From: a virus
Virus record (IMG/VR): IMGVR_UViG_3300024264_000013
Coordinates: 1 to 64,000 of that record
Length of the DNA: 64,000 nucleotides
Direction: 5' to 3' (one strand)
A program made the translations under genes and the position numbers. Below, piece by piece: positions 17,617 to 28,650 of this stretch; position 1 is the stretch's first letter, and every line of letters begins with the position of its first letter. The notes beneath the pieces were generated by a model that ran no database searches, was not told where the DNA came from, and saw only the letters and a list, made by a program, of their open reading frames with translations.

Positions 17617-20600
17617 GTGGCACAAGTAGGTAGAATATCTGGACCGTTATTAACGGCAAATCTAGAACGTCAAGGCAAAGATTTAGACTTTAGAAATCTT
17701 CAAGCCAGTACTCCCATAATTAAACTAAAAGTTGATACCAATCGAATTGGTGTCAATACAACGTCTCCGGCATTTGATTTAGATGTCAACGACACAATAT
17801 CGGCTACTTTTTTAACTACTTTATCTGCAAGTCTAGGCAATTTTACTATATCTAACAATGATATAAATGCACTAACTGGATCTATTAATTTTAAAAATGA
17901 TGTGCGTTCTAGTGGTATTGCTACTCAGCAATTATTGTTTAGAGATAATACTATTAGTTCTTATGTAACTGATGCTGATATAAATCTTTTACCTAATGGA
18001 ACAGGCACAATAGAATTGCAAGGCGATACTAATGTTACTGGTAACTTAAACGCAACAGGTAACATTACCTTAGACGGTAATATAATTTTTGGTGATAGTA
18101 CTACAGACAGTGTAACACTAAACGCAGATGTTGCAAGTAATATTATTCCGGATGTAGATAATACCTATAACTTAGGATCAATATCTAATAAATGGGATCA
18201 AATTAACTTTGGTACTATGGAAATCCAAACAATACTCGGTAATAGTATATCTCTTGAAAATGGCCTAATAGATATAACTGAACGCCAAGGTAATATTTTT
18301 TATGTAGACAAAAATGGTAATGATTCAAATGTAGGAGATCATCCTAACGGTGCATTCCTTACATTAACAAGAGCATTAAGTTTTGCAGATGCAAGTATTC
18401 AAGGCCCTGTAGTCATACATTTATCGCCTGGAGAATACGAAGAAGCATTTCCGTTAACAGTACCTTCAAATGTAACCATTATTGGTGAAGATATTCGTAA
18501 CACAGTTATAAAACCTACACTAGCAACAAATACTGCAAATGCTTTTTTAGTTGACGGCGAAGTTACAATAGAAAATTTAACAATTAAAGACTTTTACAGT
18601 CCGGGATATGCGTTTGCATTCAAAACAAATGCAACAGTAACTTCACGTAGTCCTTATATTAGAAATGTTTCAGTTATTACAAAAGGAAGTGTTACAAGTG
18701 CAACGGATCCTAATGGTTACGATCAAGGAGATGCTGGTAAAGGTGTTTTAGTAGACGGAGCAAGTGTAACTAGTTCAAGTCAAGAAGCAAGTATGTTATT
18801 CCACAGTGTAACATTTATCACACCGGGAGTTGAAAGTGTTAAGTTAACAAATGGTGTAAGAGTTGAATGGTTAAACAGTTTTGTTTATTTTGCACAACAA
18901 GGTATATTACTTGAAAGAGGATCAACAGGACATCTAAGCACAGACGGTTCTACTATACAATATGGTGCTGAAATACGTTGCATAGGTAGTGCAAATGTTT
19001 ATGGTGATTTTGGAATAAAAGCAGACGGTGCAGGCACAAATGCATATTTGGTAAATCATAATTTTACCTATATAGGCACAGGAAAAAGTACAGCAAATGA
19101 CGATACTCTATCGATACATGCAAATGAAGTTGTAGAAATAAATTCAGGCAGAGTAAATTATACAACTGTAGATGAACAAGGAAATTTTAGAGTTGGTACT
19201 GCACTTTTTGTAAATCAAGAAACAGGTAAAACTGAAATACAATCTGCAAGCATTGATTTTAGTAATACAGATTCATTAACTATAGTAACAGGAGGTTCAA
19301 CAGTAACCATAGATGATACTAGAGTTAGAACAGATTTTATAAGACTAAGAGATAATAAACTTGAAACTTTAGTTGGCAATTTAAAAATAGATTCAGCATT
19401 AAACACAGTTAATATTAATGCAAATACAAATATTACAGGTAATTTAGATACTACAGGAAACACAACTATAACAGGATCGTTGGTTAGTTTAGGTGACGCA
19501 GACACAGATAATATTAGTTTCAATAGTGATGTAACATCAGGCATGACGCCGAATGTAAATTCTGCTTATGATCTAGGATCAACAACAAAAAGTTGGAGGA
19601 CTGTGTTTGCTGAAAAATTAACAACTGATATATTTGACGTAGAAGGTAATAGATTTACAACAAAAGATTCTAATGCAGATTTAGTATTAGAAGCAAGCGG
19701 AACAGGTAAAGTAAAGTTTGGTAGTCTAACAACAGGACAAGCATTTACTCAAACAGGTGTTAGTACATTAGACAGCGGCGATATAAACTCTAATGCTATT
19801 GTTACAGACAATATTAATATTAGTTTAAACAGTACTTTAAATAATGTAACTACTACTACATTAAATGCAAACGGTGTTGCAAATTTTGATAGTGTAGGAT
19901 TTGTAGGAAATAGAATTACCACAAACGAAAGTGATGCAAATTTAGAGTTACAACCATCAGGCACTGGTATAGTTAGAATACCTGGCAATGTTCTTGTTGA
20001 AAATACAATCATGGCGCCAAATGCAAACTATAGTTTTGCAAGTGCTACTATGACAACAACAAGTGGTGAAAAACTTGTTACTGATAATTTAAACTTAGAA
20101 CAAATGATCACAGGTGATATTTTATTTGAAGGTAATGTAATCACTACAAGAAGTTCTAATACCGACTTAGAATTTAGATCAACAGGAACAGGCACTGTAG
20201 ATATACAAGAAAATGTTGAAGTAGGACAAAGCATTTCTGTTAATACTATTTCAGGAGTTGCTCCTAATATTACTGCAACTGACATTACAGCAAACTTTGC
20301 AACTGTAAACACATTCTTTAGTGCTCAATCTGCTATAGTTGGTTCTATTAGTTTAGCAGGTAATAGAATACAAACTATTGAAAGTAATGCGGATTTAGAG
20401 TTTGATGCAAGCGGAACAGGCCAAATTATCCTAGACGAAAATGTTATAATACCAAATCTTACTGTAGACGGAAATACAAATATTACTATTTCTACTGCAC
20501 CTTCTGCTACATTTGATAATGCTACAATTACAAATAACGTTATTGCTCCTAGTAGAATTACTATGGAAGGTGTACAAATTTTTGGAAACAAAATACAAAC

Positions 20601-22536
20601 AAAATCTTCTGACAGTGATTTAGATTTACGTGCAAGCGGAACTGGTGCTATACGTTTTAAAGAAGATACAAATATATCTCAAAATTTAACAGTAAATGGT
20701 ACACTTACTGCACACAATATAGGCATTGCAGGAGATGTTGATCTTAATGAGTTAGAAACAGACGGAAATATAGAATTTAATGACAATTATGTAACAACGA
20801 CTGCATCAAATAGTAACTTAGAACTTAGAACATCAGGTGGTGCATTTATAGATTTACAAGGTATAAAAGTTAGAGACAATGTAATACAAACAACTTCCGC
20901 AGATATTTTACTTGATCCTACTGATGTTCTTGAAGTTAATGGAACAGGAAGTGTTGTTTTACCAAACAGTACTGTGTCAGGATCTCCAGACCCAGAATAC
21001 AACAATGGCGCTTTTAGTAATGTTACAGGCGACGGTAGTGATTTCTTTAAACGTGAAGTTACAGTTAACGGTGTAAGAATTATAGCGGCAGGCACAATTG
21101 GAGGACAAACAGCAGTTCCTGATTCGTTTGTTGAAAAAGTAGCACGTATGTTTGAATTATTCTTAGATAAGGATGCCGCAGGCATTAATGAATCTGCACA
21201 AAGAACTGTAATTAAAACATTAAGCGGAGATGCAGGCACGTATCATGCGGCAGTTGGACCAACACTACAACGAGTAGCAAGAGGTGCTGGCGCAGATTAT
21301 ACTCCAAACTTCTTAAGTGACCCGGGTATTATTAGTTGGAACTTAACTAACTTGTTTGATACTCACGTACATAATGACATGGTGTGGTACTTAAATTCAA
21401 CAGGTGGAGCACCAGGCGATGGCGATCAAGATGCACAAGAAGTTATTGAACACGTATTCCATACACTACACATGCACGGCCTTGACGCAGTGTCATTAAA
21501 AATGTATCCTTATATTAGTGCAGACTGGGCAACTGGTCCATTGTATGCGGCTATGGAAGAAGCATACGATGCAGGCAAATGGGATTCATCAGGATATGGT
21601 GGAAATGCTTGGAAGACTAATGGAGATGCATTTGAAGTAGCGGCAAAAGAATATTTGTTCCTGTTAAACTTTGGTATGTTTGAATACTCAAGTCTATGGG
21701 ACGGCGGAAGCCTTGCTCCTGAGTGGACAGACGATATGCGTACACAGTCTGGCATACAAGCAAATAACCCATTAGGTTATGCATTACATAATACATATAT
21801 TGCTCCTGTTATTAGTAAGCCTTCATTGACAACAATTAGAAGCATATTCCAAGACGGCGACACAGGCAATCCTACACTAGCAGGTGCATCAGGATATGTA
21901 GTAGACAACTACACTCCAATATTTTCAAATAATATTGGTGCTGTGCAATATAATTCAGATGTTAATCAAATAGTAGGACTTACAAATTCTGTAAAAAGAG
22001 TATTAGGTCCCGGATTATATAGTGATGATTTACAAACATTTGTTAATCCAAACCCCAACAACACAATAGAATTTACCGCACAAGGTGTCAATAGTATGAC
22101 AACATCTTATGGCGCAACTACAATGAATCGTATTGAATTAAGTGGTATAGACATTGATGGAAATACATTGTCTACAAATATTACAAACAGTGATTTAATA
22201 CTTTTACCGGAAATAGGACAAGGTAAAGCACAGTTTGAAGATTTACATATACTCGACAGCACAATTACTAATACGTCAGGCGGCGCGGCAAGTATAGGAT
22301 ACACAGACAACGGATATGTTAAATTCAATCAAACTACTGCAATGAGAATACCTGCAGGAACATCAGTACAACGAATAGCAACTCCTGAAGTTGGCACAAC
22401 ACGATGGAATGTTGCTTTAGGAAACTTAGAAGTGTACGGAGTTAGTGGTTGGACAGATGCTTCAGGATCTGGAGCCACAGTTAGTGCCACTGAAATGGAC
22501 GAGATAATGAATGAATTTATTCTTATCTTTGGCTAA
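17617..22536 (+). CDS. Long tail fibre/appendage protein (1639 aa) with beta-helix, repeats and zincin-like insert
   Basis: GTG start with SD; FYVDKNG.D...G...F.T...AL / PG.Y.E..PL beta-helix cap; N.I.T..SN.DL.L...GTG repeats; paralogue of 22678. Confidence 0.75.
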   Translation: MAQVGRISGPLLTANLERQGKDLDFRNLQASTPIIKLKVDTNRIGVNTTSPAFDLDVNDTISATFLTTLSASLGNFTISNNDINALTGSINFKNDVRSSGIATQQLLFRDNTISSYVTDADINLLPNGTGTIELQGDTNVTGNLNATGNITLDGNIIFGDSTTDSVTLNADVASNIIPDVDNTYNLGSISNKWDQINFGTMEIQTILGNSISLENGLIDITERQGNIFYVDKNGNDSNVGDHPNGAFLTLTRALSFADASIQGPVVIHLSPGEYEEAFPLTVPSNVTIIGEDIRNTVIKPTLATNTANAFLVDGEVTIENLTIKDFYSPGYAFAFKTNATVTSRSPYIRNVSVITKGSVTSATDPNGYDQGDAGKGVLVDGASVTSSSQEASMLFHSVTFITPGVESVKLTNGVRVEWLNSFVYFAQQGILLERGSTGHLSTDGSTIQYGAEIRCIGSANVYGDFGIKADGAGTNAYLVNHNFTYIGTGKSTANDDTLSIHANEVVEINSGRVNYTTVDEQGNFRVGTALFVNQETGKTEIQSASIDFSNTDSLTIVTGGSTVTIDDTRVRTDFIRLRDNKLETLVGNLKIDSALNTVNINANTNITGNLDTTGNTTITGSLVSLGDADTDNISFNSDVTSGMTPNVNSAYDLGSTTKSWRTVFAEKLTTDIFDVEGNRFTTKDSNADLVLEASGTGKVKFGSLTTGQAFTQTGVSTLDSGDINSNAIVTDNINISLNSTLNNVTTTTLNANGVANFDSVGFVGNRITTNESDANLELQPSGTGIVRIPGNVLVENTIMAPNANYSFASATMTTTSGEKLVTDNLNLEQMITGDILFEGNVITTRSSNTDLEFRSTGTGTVDIQENVEVGQSISVNTISGVAPNITATDITANFATVNTFFSAQSAIVGSISLAGNRIQTIESNADLEFDASGTGQIILDENVIIPNLTVDGNTNITISTAPSATFDNATITNNVIAPSRITMEGVQIFGNKIQTKSSDSDLDLRASGTGAIRFKEDTNISQNLTVNGTLTAHNIGIAGDVDLNELETDGNIEFNDNYVTTTASNSNLELRTSGGAFIDLQGIKVRDNVIQTTSADILLDPTDVLEVNGTGSVVLPNSTVSGSPDPEYNNGAFSNVTGDGSDFFKREVTVNGVRIIAAGTIGGQTAVPDSFVEKVARMFELFLDKDAAGINESAQRTVIKTLSGDAGTYHAAVGPTLQRVARGAGADYTPNFLSDPGIISWNLTNLFDTHVHNDMVWYLNSTGGAPGDGDQDAQEVIEHVFHTLHMHGLDAVSLKMYPYISADWATGPLYAAMEEAYDAGKWDSSGYGGNAWKTNGDAFEVAAKEYLFLLNFGMFEYSSLWDGGSLAPEWTDDMRTQSGIQANNPLGYALHNTYIAPVISKPSLTTIRSIFQDGDTGNPTLAGASGYVVDNYTPIFSNNIGAVQYNSDVNQIVGLTNSVKRVLGPGLYSDDLQTFVNPNPNNTIEFTAQGVNSMTTSYGATTMNRIELSGIDIDGNTLSTNITNSDLILLPEIGQGKAQFEDLHILDSTITNTSGGAASIGYTDNGYVKFNQTTAMRIPAGTSVQRIATPEVGTTRWNVALGNLEVYGVSGWTDASGSGATVSATEMDEIMNEFILIFG

Positions 22537-22677
22537 CTAAGTCATTATATTATCTACATTCACATAAATACAATATAACAAAAGAATCAGACCTAAAATT
22601 CTTTCGTTATTAATACTGTGGTCAACCCGCAATGCAAGGTGGTTGGAGGGACAAGATCCCCGTGTTAAGGAGTAGAG

Positions 22678-25600
22678 ATGGCAATAGGTCGCATATCCGG
22701 TCCGCTCTTAAAGTCAAATCTCATTAGAAATGGGATAGACCTGGCTTTTGAGACAGACCTTTTATACTTAGATGTAACTAACAATCGCATCGGTATTAAT
22801 ACAGCAACTCCAGAACACGATCTAGACGTTAACGGTACTATTAGAACTACAAATTTGTTGTTAGACAAACTAACAGCAGGTAGTATTACGATTGAAAATA
22901 ATGATATTACAAGTAGCACAGGAACTATTGATTTAGGTACTGCTGATCAAGTTGTATATCAAAATAAACTTGTAGTTGATAGTTTTGAAATTAACGACAA
23001 TACAATTAGAACAACAGATTCAAATGCAAACTTAGAACTAGATCCAAGTGGTACAGGAACTATTGAATTACTTGCAAATACTAACGTATCAGGAAATTTA
23101 CATGCAACTGGTAATATTAGTGCAGACGGAGACATTGTACTTGGTGATGCAGATACTGACAGTATTAATTTTAATGCAGAGATTGCAAGTAATATTATTC
23201 CAGACGGAGGCGGATCATTTACATTAGGCGAGGCTGGAAAAACATGGAGTACTGTATTTGCAAATACAGTAGACGGCCAAACTATAAATGCAAATCAAGT
23301 TAATATTGCAGGTATAAATTTAAATACAAGACATGCTAATACTTTATATGTTAGTGAAAACGGTAGTAATAATAACGCTGGTAATCATCCACAATCTCCT
23401 TACTTAACTGTTGAAAAAGCATTACAAAATGCTACATCAGGGGACACAGTTCACATTTATCCAGGTGAGTATCAAGAAAGACTTCCGCTAGTAGTTCCTG
23501 TAGGAGTTACAGTCAAAGGTCATAGTATGAGAAGTGTAACTATCAAACCTGATAGTGTTGACTCAGAAGATGTATTTCATCTCAATGGCGAAACAACTGT
23601 TGAAGATATAACAATCAAAGATTTTTACTATAACAGCGGAACTAATGTAGGACATGCATTTAGATTTGCACCTAGTTTTAAAGTAACATCACGTTCGCCT
23701 TATATTAGAAACATAACTGTTATTACAAAAGGTAGTGTAACAAATGCTAGTGATCCAAGAGGATTTAATCAAGGTGATGCAGGTAAAGGTGCATACTTAG
23801 ATGGTAGTGTTGCACATGCAGATTCAAAAGAAGCAAGTTGCTTATTTCATGCTGTAACATTTATTACACCAGGCGTTGATGCATTAACATTTACAAATGG
23901 TGTTAGAATAGAATGGCTAAACTCATTTACGTATTTTGCTAATAGAGGGTTTTATGCTGTTAACGGATCAACTGGTTTAAAAGGATCAGGAGAAACAGAA
24001 TTTAGAGTAAGTGACGTAGACGGATCATTTAGTGCGGGAGAAACTTTTGCAGTAAACAGTATTGACGGAAGTACTGTTATTGCTAGTGGCACTATTGATA
24101 GAGTTGATGCTGATGATAAATTTTATATTTCGGGCAACGTATCAGGTATAACAGAAGCAACAACACGTACTGCAAAAACAATTAAATTTAACGGCAATGC
24201 AAAATTACAAACTGGTAATAAAAAGTTTGGATCTGCAAGTGCAAATTTAGATGGAATAAACAGTTATCTAAGTGTAGGTGCTAATGACGATTTTGGATTT
24301 GGTACAGATGATTTTACATTAGAAGCATGGATTTACGCGGCATCTACTACAGGTGAGCAACCAATTTATGATCTACGTGCAGGAATTGCAACAGATACTG
24401 CACCTTACTTTTACTTAGATGGTACAACCTTAAAATATCAAGTCGGTAATGCTACTCCTGTAATAAGTGGCGGCACTATTACAGTTAATACATGGCACCA
24501 CATTGCTGTAAGTAAAATTAGTACAGGTACACGCATGTACTTGGATGGTAATCAAGTAGGTAGTACATATGTAGATAATAATGATTACGGTTTTACAAAA
24601 CCTGTGTTTATTGGTGCTAATTTTGATCTAGCAAATTATTTTACAGGTAATATTGATGATGTTAGAATTAGTAACAGTGCAAGATATTTAGATACAACAT
24701 ATACTGTTCCTACAATGCAAATTACTGGCGATAGTAATTGTGTACTATTAACACATTTAGATGGTGCAAATAATGCAACCACAGTTGAAGAAGATGTTAA
24801 GGTAAAACAAAACTTAACATTTAGTGGCGGAGCAACTGCTAACTTTATTGACTTATATAATACAACTGACTTTGGTGGCGAATTAAGATCAATAGGCTCA
24901 GCAAACGTTTATGGTACCAAAGGTGCAGTAGGCGACGGTACTGGTGTTATTATGTATCTAATAGGACATAACTTTGCATATATTGGTAATGGTAAAGAAG
25001 TTACTAATGACGAAACTACAGTAGTACAAGCAAACGAAGTTGAAGAATTAAACAATGCAAAAGTAAGATTTACAAGTGTTGACCACAAAGGTGATTTTAG
25101 AGTTGGTGATAATTTTTATGTTAATCAAGAAACAGGCGAAGTTGTATTTGATGCTGTTAACTTAAACATTACAACACCAGATGGTATTACATTTGGCACC
25201 GCCGGCAATGTAACATTTATTGATGGAACAAAAATTGAAACAGGCGACTTTAGATTAAGTGGAAACACTATTGAAACGCTTACACAAAACTTTGTTATTG
25301 ATAGTGCAACAAATATAGTTGACATTGAAGCAGATACTAATATTACAGGAAATTTAAGTGTTACTGGTAATTTTACACTAGGTGGTAATATTACAATAGG
25401 TGATGCAGATACTGATAGTGTTGAATTTGCTTCAGATATAAACAGTGATATTTTACCAAACACTGACAATACTTTTGATTTAGGTAGTACAAGCAAACGC
25501 TGGAAAAACATTTACACTAACAATTTTGACAACGGCAATTTAAAAATTGAAGGCAATAAAATATCAACACAAGATAGTGATAGTGATTTAGAACTAGTTG

Positions 25601-27558
25601 CATCAGGCACAGGATCAGTTACTGTTCCTAATAACAATGTTGAGATTACAGGAACGTTTACTGCAAACGACACTGCTACATTTAACAATACTGTTACAGT
25701 AAATAATGATTTAAATATTACAGGAGATTTAAATGCTCTTGGAAGTATTACAATTAGTGCTGATCTTACAGTAGAAGACGGTCTTACTGTTAATGGTAAT
25801 ACACAATTAGAAAATATTAATATTGCTGGTAATAAAATACAAACTACTGAATCAAACAGTGACTTAGAATTAGATGCCGCAGGCACAGGAAGAGTAGTAT
25901 TTCCAAATGCAGATTTAGAAGTTGGTGGAGATATTGTTGTTAATGGGTCTGCACAATATGCAAATTTAAGTGCAAGTGGAACTATTACTGCTGATACAGT
26001 TACAGTAAACACAGCAACTATTAACGGTCAATTAAACTTAGAAGATATTGAAATTAATGACAACTATATTACAACTACAGAATCTAACAGTAACTTAGAA
26101 TTACGTGCAAGTGGTACAGGTAAAGTTGTATTTCCTGATAATGATGTTAATATTACAGGAGACTTAGATGTTACAGGAACAGTATCATTTAACACATTAT
26201 CTGGTAATGTTTACACAACAAATAGTTTGACAGTAAATGAAGAATTAAACATTAATGGACAAGTACAATTTGAAGATATTGAAATTAATGACAACTATAT
26301 TACTACAACATTATCTGATAGTGATTTAGAATTACGTGCTAACGGAACTGGACAAATTGTATTTAGAAACAATACAAATGCTACAGGCAATTTAACAGTT
26401 GACGGCACTACTACTTTTGTAGGCAATGTTACAGGAACAACAGCAACGTTTGACGATGTAATTATTAATAATAATATGACTGTTCAAGGTCAAATTAATT
26501 TTGATAATATACAAATTAATGACAATACAATTACAACGACAGAATCCAATAGTGACTTAGAATTAGAAGCAAGTGGAACAGGTACAATACTTATACCAAG
26601 TAATAATGTTGTAGTAGAAAAAGACTTAACTGTACAAGGTGTATTGAATGCAGATAACTTAGATGCACTAGGTAGAGTAACAGCAAACAGTTTTAGCACT
26701 GGTGATATTTTAATCGATGATAATTTTATTACAACAACACAATCTAACAGTGATTTAGAATTAAGAGCAAATGGTACTGGTAACGTAACATTAGATGATA
26801 TAAAATTTAACAACAATATCATAAGCAGTACAGCAGATATGGTATTGAATCCAGGCAGTGGTATACTTGACATTGATAGTGTTGATAGTATGATACTTCC
26901 AAAAGGTACAACTGCAGAGCGTAACGCTTCTGCACAAACTGGTATGCTACGCTATAACACAACTACTAACAATTTTGAAGGTTATAACGGTTCTTGGGTA
27001 ATATTAGATGGTGGATTACAAGATAATGATGGTGATACAAAGATTACACCAGAACTAACACCGGGTGCAAACGACAATGTAATTAGATTCTACAATGCAG
27101 GAGCATTGACAGCAGATCTTACAAGTCAAAGATTTAGTACCAATAAACTAATTGTTGATGATATCGAAATCGACGGCAATGAGATAAAAACGATAACTAC
27201 TAATACAGACTTAGTATTGTCAGGAAACGGTACAGGTGGTATTCTATTAGATCACTTTAAATTTAACGGTTCTACAATCACAAACACTGTGTCAGATGCT
27301 ATTACAATATTTGACTCTACAGCAACAGGATATTATAAATTTGCTGGAACAGGTGGTGTTGTAATACCAACAGGTAATAATATTCAAAGACCTTCACCGA
27401 TTAATGCTGAAGAAGGCATGATGAGGTACAACAATGAAGACGATCGTGTTGAGATCTTTGACGGAACAAACTGGGTTAGTGTTGCAGGGTCAAGCGGCGG
27501 AATAAGTAGAAATGATGCGGAATCAATCGCATTAGAATATGTATTGGTATTAGGATAA
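22678..27558 (+). CDS. Long tail fibre/appendage protein (1626 aa) with beta-helix, LamG/ConA-like domain and ~77-aa repeats
   Basis: MAIGRISGPLL start; KFGSAS..LDG, DFTLEAWIY, WHHIAV, FTGNIDDVRIS LamG signature at ~24160-24775. Confidence 0.8.
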   Translation: MAIGRISGPLLKSNLIRNGIDLAFETDLLYLDVTNNRIGINTATPEHDLDVNGTIRTTNLLLDKLTAGSITIENNDITSSTGTIDLGTADQVVYQNKLVVDSFEINDNTIRTTDSNANLELDPSGTGTIELLANTNVSGNLHATGNISADGDIVLGDADTDSINFNAEIASNIIPDGGGSFTLGEAGKTWSTVFANTVDGQTINANQVNIAGINLNTRHANTLYVSENGSNNNAGNHPQSPYLTVEKALQNATSGDTVHIYPGEYQERLPLVVPVGVTVKGHSMRSVTIKPDSVDSEDVFHLNGETTVEDITIKDFYYNSGTNVGHAFRFAPSFKVTSRSPYIRNITVITKGSVTNASDPRGFNQGDAGKGAYLDGSVAHADSKEASCLFHAVTFITPGVDALTFTNGVRIEWLNSFTYFANRGFYAVNGSTGLKGSGETEFRVSDVDGSFSAGETFAVNSIDGSTVIASGTIDRVDADDKFYISGNVSGITEATTRTAKTIKFNGNAKLQTGNKKFGSASANLDGINSYLSVGANDDFGFGTDDFTLEAWIYAASTTGEQPIYDLRAGIATDTAPYFYLDGTTLKYQVGNATPVISGGTITVNTWHHIAVSKISTGTRMYLDGNQVGSTYVDNNDYGFTKPVFIGANFDLANYFTGNIDDVRISNSARYLDTTYTVPTMQITGDSNCVLLTHLDGANNATTVEEDVKVKQNLTFSGGATANFIDLYNTTDFGGELRSIGSANVYGTKGAVGDGTGVIMYLIGHNFAYIGNGKEVTNDETTVVQANEVEELNNAKVRFTSVDHKGDFRVGDNFYVNQETGEVVFDAVNLNITTPDGITFGTAGNVTFIDGTKIETGDFRLSGNTIETLTQNFVIDSATNIVDIEADTNITGNLSVTGNFTLGGNITIGDADTDSVEFASDINSDILPNTDNTFDLGSTSKRWKNIYTNNFDNGNLKIEGNKISTQDSDSDLELVASGTGSVTVPNNNVEITGTFTANDTATFNNTVTVNNDLNITGDLNALGSITISADLTVEDGLTVNGNTQLENINIAGNKIQTTESNSDLELDAAGTGRVVFPNADLEVGGDIVVNGSAQYANLSASGTITADTVTVNTATINGQLNLEDIEINDNYITTTESNSNLELRASGTGKVVFPDNDVNITGDLDVTGTVSFNTLSGNVYTTNSLTVNEELNINGQVQFEDIEINDNYITTTLSDSDLELRANGTGQIVFRNNTNATGNLTVDGTTTFVGNVTGTTATFDDVIINNNMTVQGQINFDNIQINDNTITTTESNSDLELEASGTGTILIPSNNVVVEKDLTVQGVLNADNLDALGRVTANSFSTGDILIDDNFITTTQSNSDLELRANGTGNVTLDDIKFNNNIISSTADMVLNPGSGILDIDSVDSMILPKGTTAERNASAQTGMLRYNTTTNNFEGYNGSWVILDGGLQDNDGDTKITPELTPGANDNVIRFYNAGALTADLTSQRFSTNKLIVDDIEIDGNEIKTITTNTDLVLSGNGTGGILLDHFKFNGSTITNTVSDAITIFDSTATGYYKFAGTGGVVIPTGNNIQRPSPINAEEGMMRYNNEDDRVEIFDGTNWVSVAGSSGGISRNDAESIALEYVLVLG
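26041..26303 (+). repeat. 32-bp exact direct repeat at 231-nt (77-codon) spacing within fibre gene
   Basis: GAAGATATTGAAATTAATGACAACTATATTAC at 26041 and 26272. Confidence 0.8.
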
Positions 27559-27562
27559 AGAT

Positions 27563-27892
27563 ATGGCAACGTTTTTTAGAACAAGAGTAATTAAAGATAT
27601 AGGAACACAAAAGGTTGTGGTGTTTGAAGTACCAAGTGCAACTAACGCAACAGTAATTGGACTTAACTTAGCAAATACTACAGACTTTGCAGTGCAAGGA
27701 AGTATTTTGATAAAAGATGATACGAGTGTAGAAGGATTTTATGTCAAGGATGTAATGATTCCACCACAAACGGCATTTAAAGCAATGATTGGCGGCGAAA
27801 AGATTATTTTGCCAACATCACATCAATTAATAGTACAGTCAAATGCAACTGATAGCATAGATGCTATTATTAGTTATGTGGATATTCAATAA
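27563..27892 (+). CDS. Small fibre adaptor-like protein (family member 2 of 3)
   Basis: VIGLNLAN...IPP......GGEKIIL; similar to 15760 and 38670. Confidence 0.6.
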   Translation: MATFFRTRVIKDIGTQKVVVFEVPSATNATVIGLNLANTTDFAVQGSILIKDDTSVEGFYVKDVMIPPQTAFKAMIGGEKIILPTSHQLIVQSNATDSIDAIISYVDIQ

Positions 27893-27902
27893 GGAGAAGT
27901 AA

Positions 27903-28631
27903 ATGAGTCAATATGCAGGAAATGATATAACAAGCGTAACTGGAAACATTGATGGTAGATTCATGTATGCTTTACGTAGAACAGATCAAGGCGAATTATT
28001 TTTCACAAAAATTGATCAAATGGACAGCAATGCTTCAATTCAAATTAATAAACCTGGTGATCCAGAACAAAATTATAATGACTTTGAACAAGGTATAGAC
28101 TTCTACGAAGGTAGAGATCAAAATCATGAAATTGTATATCCAAATTTAAACTACGAACAATTACGTTGGGACAATAGACATATTAATTATTATGTTAATG
28201 ATGACGGAGAATTTGTACTTAAATTTAACGAGCCACATACATATTCTTCCGATGTTAGTAGTGACGGACTTACAGAGTATAATAAAAACTTTTATCAAGT
28301 TACTGTTGCATCAGGAACTAACCAATACGGAACAGGAAATAAATTTCACTTTAACGGAATTACAAGTCCTACACTTAATTTATATGAAGGACAAACTTAC
28401 ACATTTGGACAAAGTTCAACAACAAATAATACACATCCGTTAAGATTATCAACAACTCCAAATGGAATACATGGTGGTGGTGTAGAATATACAACTGGAG
28501 TTACAATATTAGGTGTGCCAGGCATCGAAGGTAGTTATGTTAAGTTTAAAGTGCCAACTAACGCACCAACTTTATATTACTATTGTGTTAATCATTCGGG
28601 CATGGGCGGACAAATAAATACACTTACATAA
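27903..28631 (+). CDS. Structural protein with C-terminal cupredoxin-like domain
   Basis: L.LYEGQTYTF...N.THPLRLS...TLYYYCVNHSGMGG.I. Confidence 0.6.
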   Translation: MSQYAGNDITSVTGNIDGRFMYALRRTDQGELFFTKIDQMDSNASIQINKPGDPEQNYNDFEQGIDFYEGRDQNHEIVYPNLNYEQLRWDNRHINYYVNDDGEFVLKFNEPHTYSSDVSSDGLTEYNKNFYQVTVASGTNQYGTGNKFHFNGITSPTLNLYEGQTYTFGQSSTTNNTHPLRLSTTPNGIHGGGVEYTTGVTILGVPGIEGSYVKFKVPTNAPTLYYYCVNHSGMGGQINTLT

Positions 28632-28650
28632 TTAGTGAACAGGAAAAACA

